A stretch of 64,000 nt of DNA from Convolutriloba macropyga (Eukaryota): positions 40,982,001 through 41,046,000 of the forward strand of contig NC_134469.1 in assembly GCF_964194025.1 (NCBI RefSeq), written 5' to 3'. Below the pieces are notes generated by a model that was not told the origin of the DNA, made no database searches, and saw nothing but the letters and a program-made list of their open reading frames with translations. The translations under genes and the position numbers were made by a program. This document shows, piece after piece, positions 60,714 through 64,000 of the stretch. The stretch's first letter is position 1; each line of letters starts with the position of its first letter.

Positions 60714-63274
60714 TCAAAAACCACTCGAAAGAGTTGAAATTTTAGAAACCCCATTTGAGATCTAGATAAAACATATTGGATCTTTTTTGTGTGGGAGAGC
60801 GAGAGGGAGGGATAGGGAGAGGGAGAGGGAGAGGGAGAGGGAGAGGGAGAGGGAGAGGGAGAGAGAGAGAGAGAGTAGGTATGAAAATGTTTTTTCTAAG
60901 CTAGTGGACTTTTTTATTGATCATGTGCGGCGTTTTTCAAAGGCATGAATTTTTTTAGTTCACTAGTTTACGCTCTAGTTTACGCTCTAAGTCTGAATTG
61001 AGAGGTGTTTCATTATTCTGAGTTTCGAGGTGGTTCAAACATTTTGCTGTATATTTACCCTTTTCTGCTTATTTCTTTTCTGCTTATTATGTTTCTCTTA
61101 TTGTGTTTTTGCTTATTGCGTTTCTCTCAATTATCTGAACCAATGAAACTGCTGTTGTAAGCCTTTTGGATCTTGTTTCAGTTATATAAACCAACAAAGA
61201 TGCTCATTAATGTTTGTTCGCACATGATGTTCCGACCCGAGCTCATCTACATTTTTGACATCCTAATGATGAGATAATTAAAAAATAGATGTTTGAGTTT
61301 AAAAAAAAATTTTAAACAACCGAACTAATAATTGAAATACATAACATCAAGTTTTTGGTAATTCGTTTTTCTTATACTTTTTAATAGCAATGGCGTTGTT
61401 CTTTCCTTAACAACATGGCTTCAAAAGTATAAAAAATATAATACAACCACGAAATTTTGAGAAAACCAGTTATATCAACGCCATTAAATTCAATAGCTTT
61501 CAACGGAAGTCAAAAGTACGCTAAATTTACCTGATGGAAAGAAATGAGAAAGAAATGATTTGTTTAATAAAAAAAAATCAACGAGACATCACAATAAGTC
61601 CTATGATTATGATGACAACGACAAATCCATGCAAAAACCAAAAATTCAGCCAAATTTTCCAGAAGGTGTCGAAGCCAATTAAAGCATAATCTTTGCTCTG
61701 ATAACTTTATCTCTGATCAATTGGCGGTCTTTTCTAAGCCATTGGGAACTATCAATTTTAGGATAACGGGAAAATATTTCAAAAGGAATCAAACTTACAA
61801 AAAAAATTGATTTTTGAATTTATGAAAACTCGTGTTATCGAAGTCCTAAAACTAATAGTTGTCAGATAAAACCACCTACCAGAATAATTTTGATTGCATT
61901 AAAAAAGAAGGTGGTCTTGTCATTGCTGAGGGTGACTTACTGTTCATGAAAATAAGTTTAATATCAATTAAAAAATCAAAAAATAAATTCGAAAAGTTGA
62001 TTTTTAAAGTCTTAGCAGCCATTAGCTGTCCACTCAAAGCACTATACAGGTTTACCTAATGCACTGTAGGAATTCGATTGCACTTTTAGTTAGCGAGTCT
62101 ATGCCATAAGACTCCCAAGATTTAGTGAAATCAAGATTTAGTGAAATCATTAAAAATTTCGAAAACGCAGATTCGAAGACAAAACAAACATGAGTGATTC
62201 CTTTAAAACGAATATTTTGTTCATTGGGTATCAGTTGACTATAAATTAGGTTTGACCTTTACAGAACATCGATATCAAAAGTGACTAGTCTCTAAGTGAT
62301 TAACGAAATAATAATAAATAGGAAATTTTTCTAAAAAAAACGGCTCTCAAATTGAATTAGACATTTTTTTGATAGTTAACTTCCTCAAGAGACCAGAACT
62401 AGCCTTTTTATCGATCCATTGGTAACACAAATTTGGCTCAATTTGTGGCGTGAAATGTAATTTTGAAATAATATTTTTATAGAAAGGCCTTAATTTGAAC
62501 AAAAATTTCGCTAAAAGTGAACAAAATCATGAAAATATCGCGTGTTCGCACAAAACTTTAAACTGGACAAAAAAACCCATATGAGTATATAGTTCCTCCC
62601 CTCACAAGTGGGGTCGGAACAATGAAAGTGCTCGTGTAAGCATTTTAGAACATATGACCAAGTTTTATGCTTTTAGATTCTATTTTCAGCTATTTTTACC
62701 ATTTTGACCTGTTTTAAGCTTTTTTTAAGCAGTTTGCGTGTTCTTCAATTTTATATAGAATTTCAGGAGTTTTGTGGTTAAAAAGAGTTGGCCTATGTTG
62801 GTTGGGTTTTCTTTCATTTTGATTGATATTGATTTTAAAAAGAAAATGGGTGATTTTGAGCATTTTTTTTGCCGACATTTGTGGGTTTAATATTTTTTAC
62901 CTACTAATTTTATGCTTTTCCCTGTAGTTTCTTGTGTTCAACTCTTATTAGCCTTTAACTCTTAGTCTTTCTAAAGATATTGCTACTTTGAACTGGCAGT
63001 TGAAAGCTAGACAGGGCACTTTTGACTGAAATAAATTATACAAATTTGAAATTATCTGGTTTTTTAATCTGCTCTGCTCTGCCAATTATTGGGTGTTTGG
63101 CCGATATGGCAAAGGATTTAATTAAAATTTCTCCAAATGATGGTTAGGAAGATGCAATCAAAAACCACTCGAAAGAGTTGAAATTTTAGAAACCGCATTT
63201 GAGATCTAGATAAAACATATTGGATCTTTTTTGTGTGGGAGAGCGAGAGGGAGGGAGAGGGAGAGGGAGAGGGA

Positions 63275-63321
<47 letters not shown>

Positions 63322-64000
63322 AGTATGAAAATGTTTTTTCTAAGCTAGTGGACTTTTTTATTGATCATGTGCGGCGTTTTTCAAAGGCATGAATTTTTTT
63401 TAGTTCACTAGTTTACGCTCTAAGTCTGAATTGAGAGGTGTTTCATTATTCTGAGTTTCGAGGTGGTTCAAACATTTTGCTGTATATTTACCCTTTTCTG
63501 CTTATTTCTTTTCTGCTTATTATGTTTCTCTTATTGTGTTTTTGCTTATTGCGTTTCTCTCAATTATCTGAACCAATGAAACTGCTGGTGTAAGCCTTTT
63601 GGATCTTGTTTCAATTATATAAACCAACAAAGATGCTCATTAATGTTTGTTCGCACATGATGTTCCGACCCGAGCTCATCTACATTTTTGACATCCTAAT
63701 GATGAGATAATTAAAAAATAGATGTTTGAGTTTAAAAAAAAATTTTAAACAACCGAACTAATAATTGAAATACATAACATCAAGTTTTTGGTAATTCGTT
63801 TTTCTTATACTTTTTAATAGCAATGGCGTTGTTCTTTCCTTAATAACATGGCTTCAAAAGTATAAAAAATATAATACAACCACGAAATTTTGAGAAAACC
63901 AGTTATATCAGCGCCATTAAATTCAATAGCTTTCAACGGAAGTCAAAAGTACGCTAAATTATACCTGATGGAAAGAAATGAGAAAGAAATGATTTGTTTA
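60714..64000. repeat. Near-identical direct duplication: 60714-~61570 repeated from 63158 to the window end
   Basis: Same sequence from CAAAAACCACTCGAAAGAG onward, differing mainly in microsatellite length and a small tandem indel. Confidence 0.92.

Overview
AT-rich eukaryotic (animal-like, invertebrate) genomic scaffold with four N-gaps, dominated by transposable elements. Two host genes lie on the + strand. The first is an intronless MARCH5/MITOL RING-CH E3 ligase (30136-31248). The second is a spliced glutaredoxin-DEP-DUF547 gene: four phase-compatible exons between 31962 and 55555, a 19.4-kb first intron full of TEs, and a probable C-terminal fragment at about 60.1 kb. The remainder comprises RTE-clade LINEs (two subfamilies in a tandem, chimeric array), CR1/L2/I-group LINE fossils, a Penelope-like element with hammerhead-ribozyme motifs, Helentron-type non-autonomous elements, MITEs and mini/microsatellites. 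The most striking signal is extra modules in unusual places within retroelement proteins: (1) a ~180-aa insert carrying a KOW-like motif and two C2HC zinc fingers inside the RTE reverse transcriptase, with at least the second finger shared by a diverged sister subfamily; (2) a PHD finger inside the Penelope RT, just before YVDD; (3) an SGNH esterase fused to the C-terminus of an L2-type ORF2; (4) a divergent SGNH-like ORF upstream of the Penelope RT, with a second homologue elsewhere in the window. All assignments are by eye from motifs; no database searches were run.
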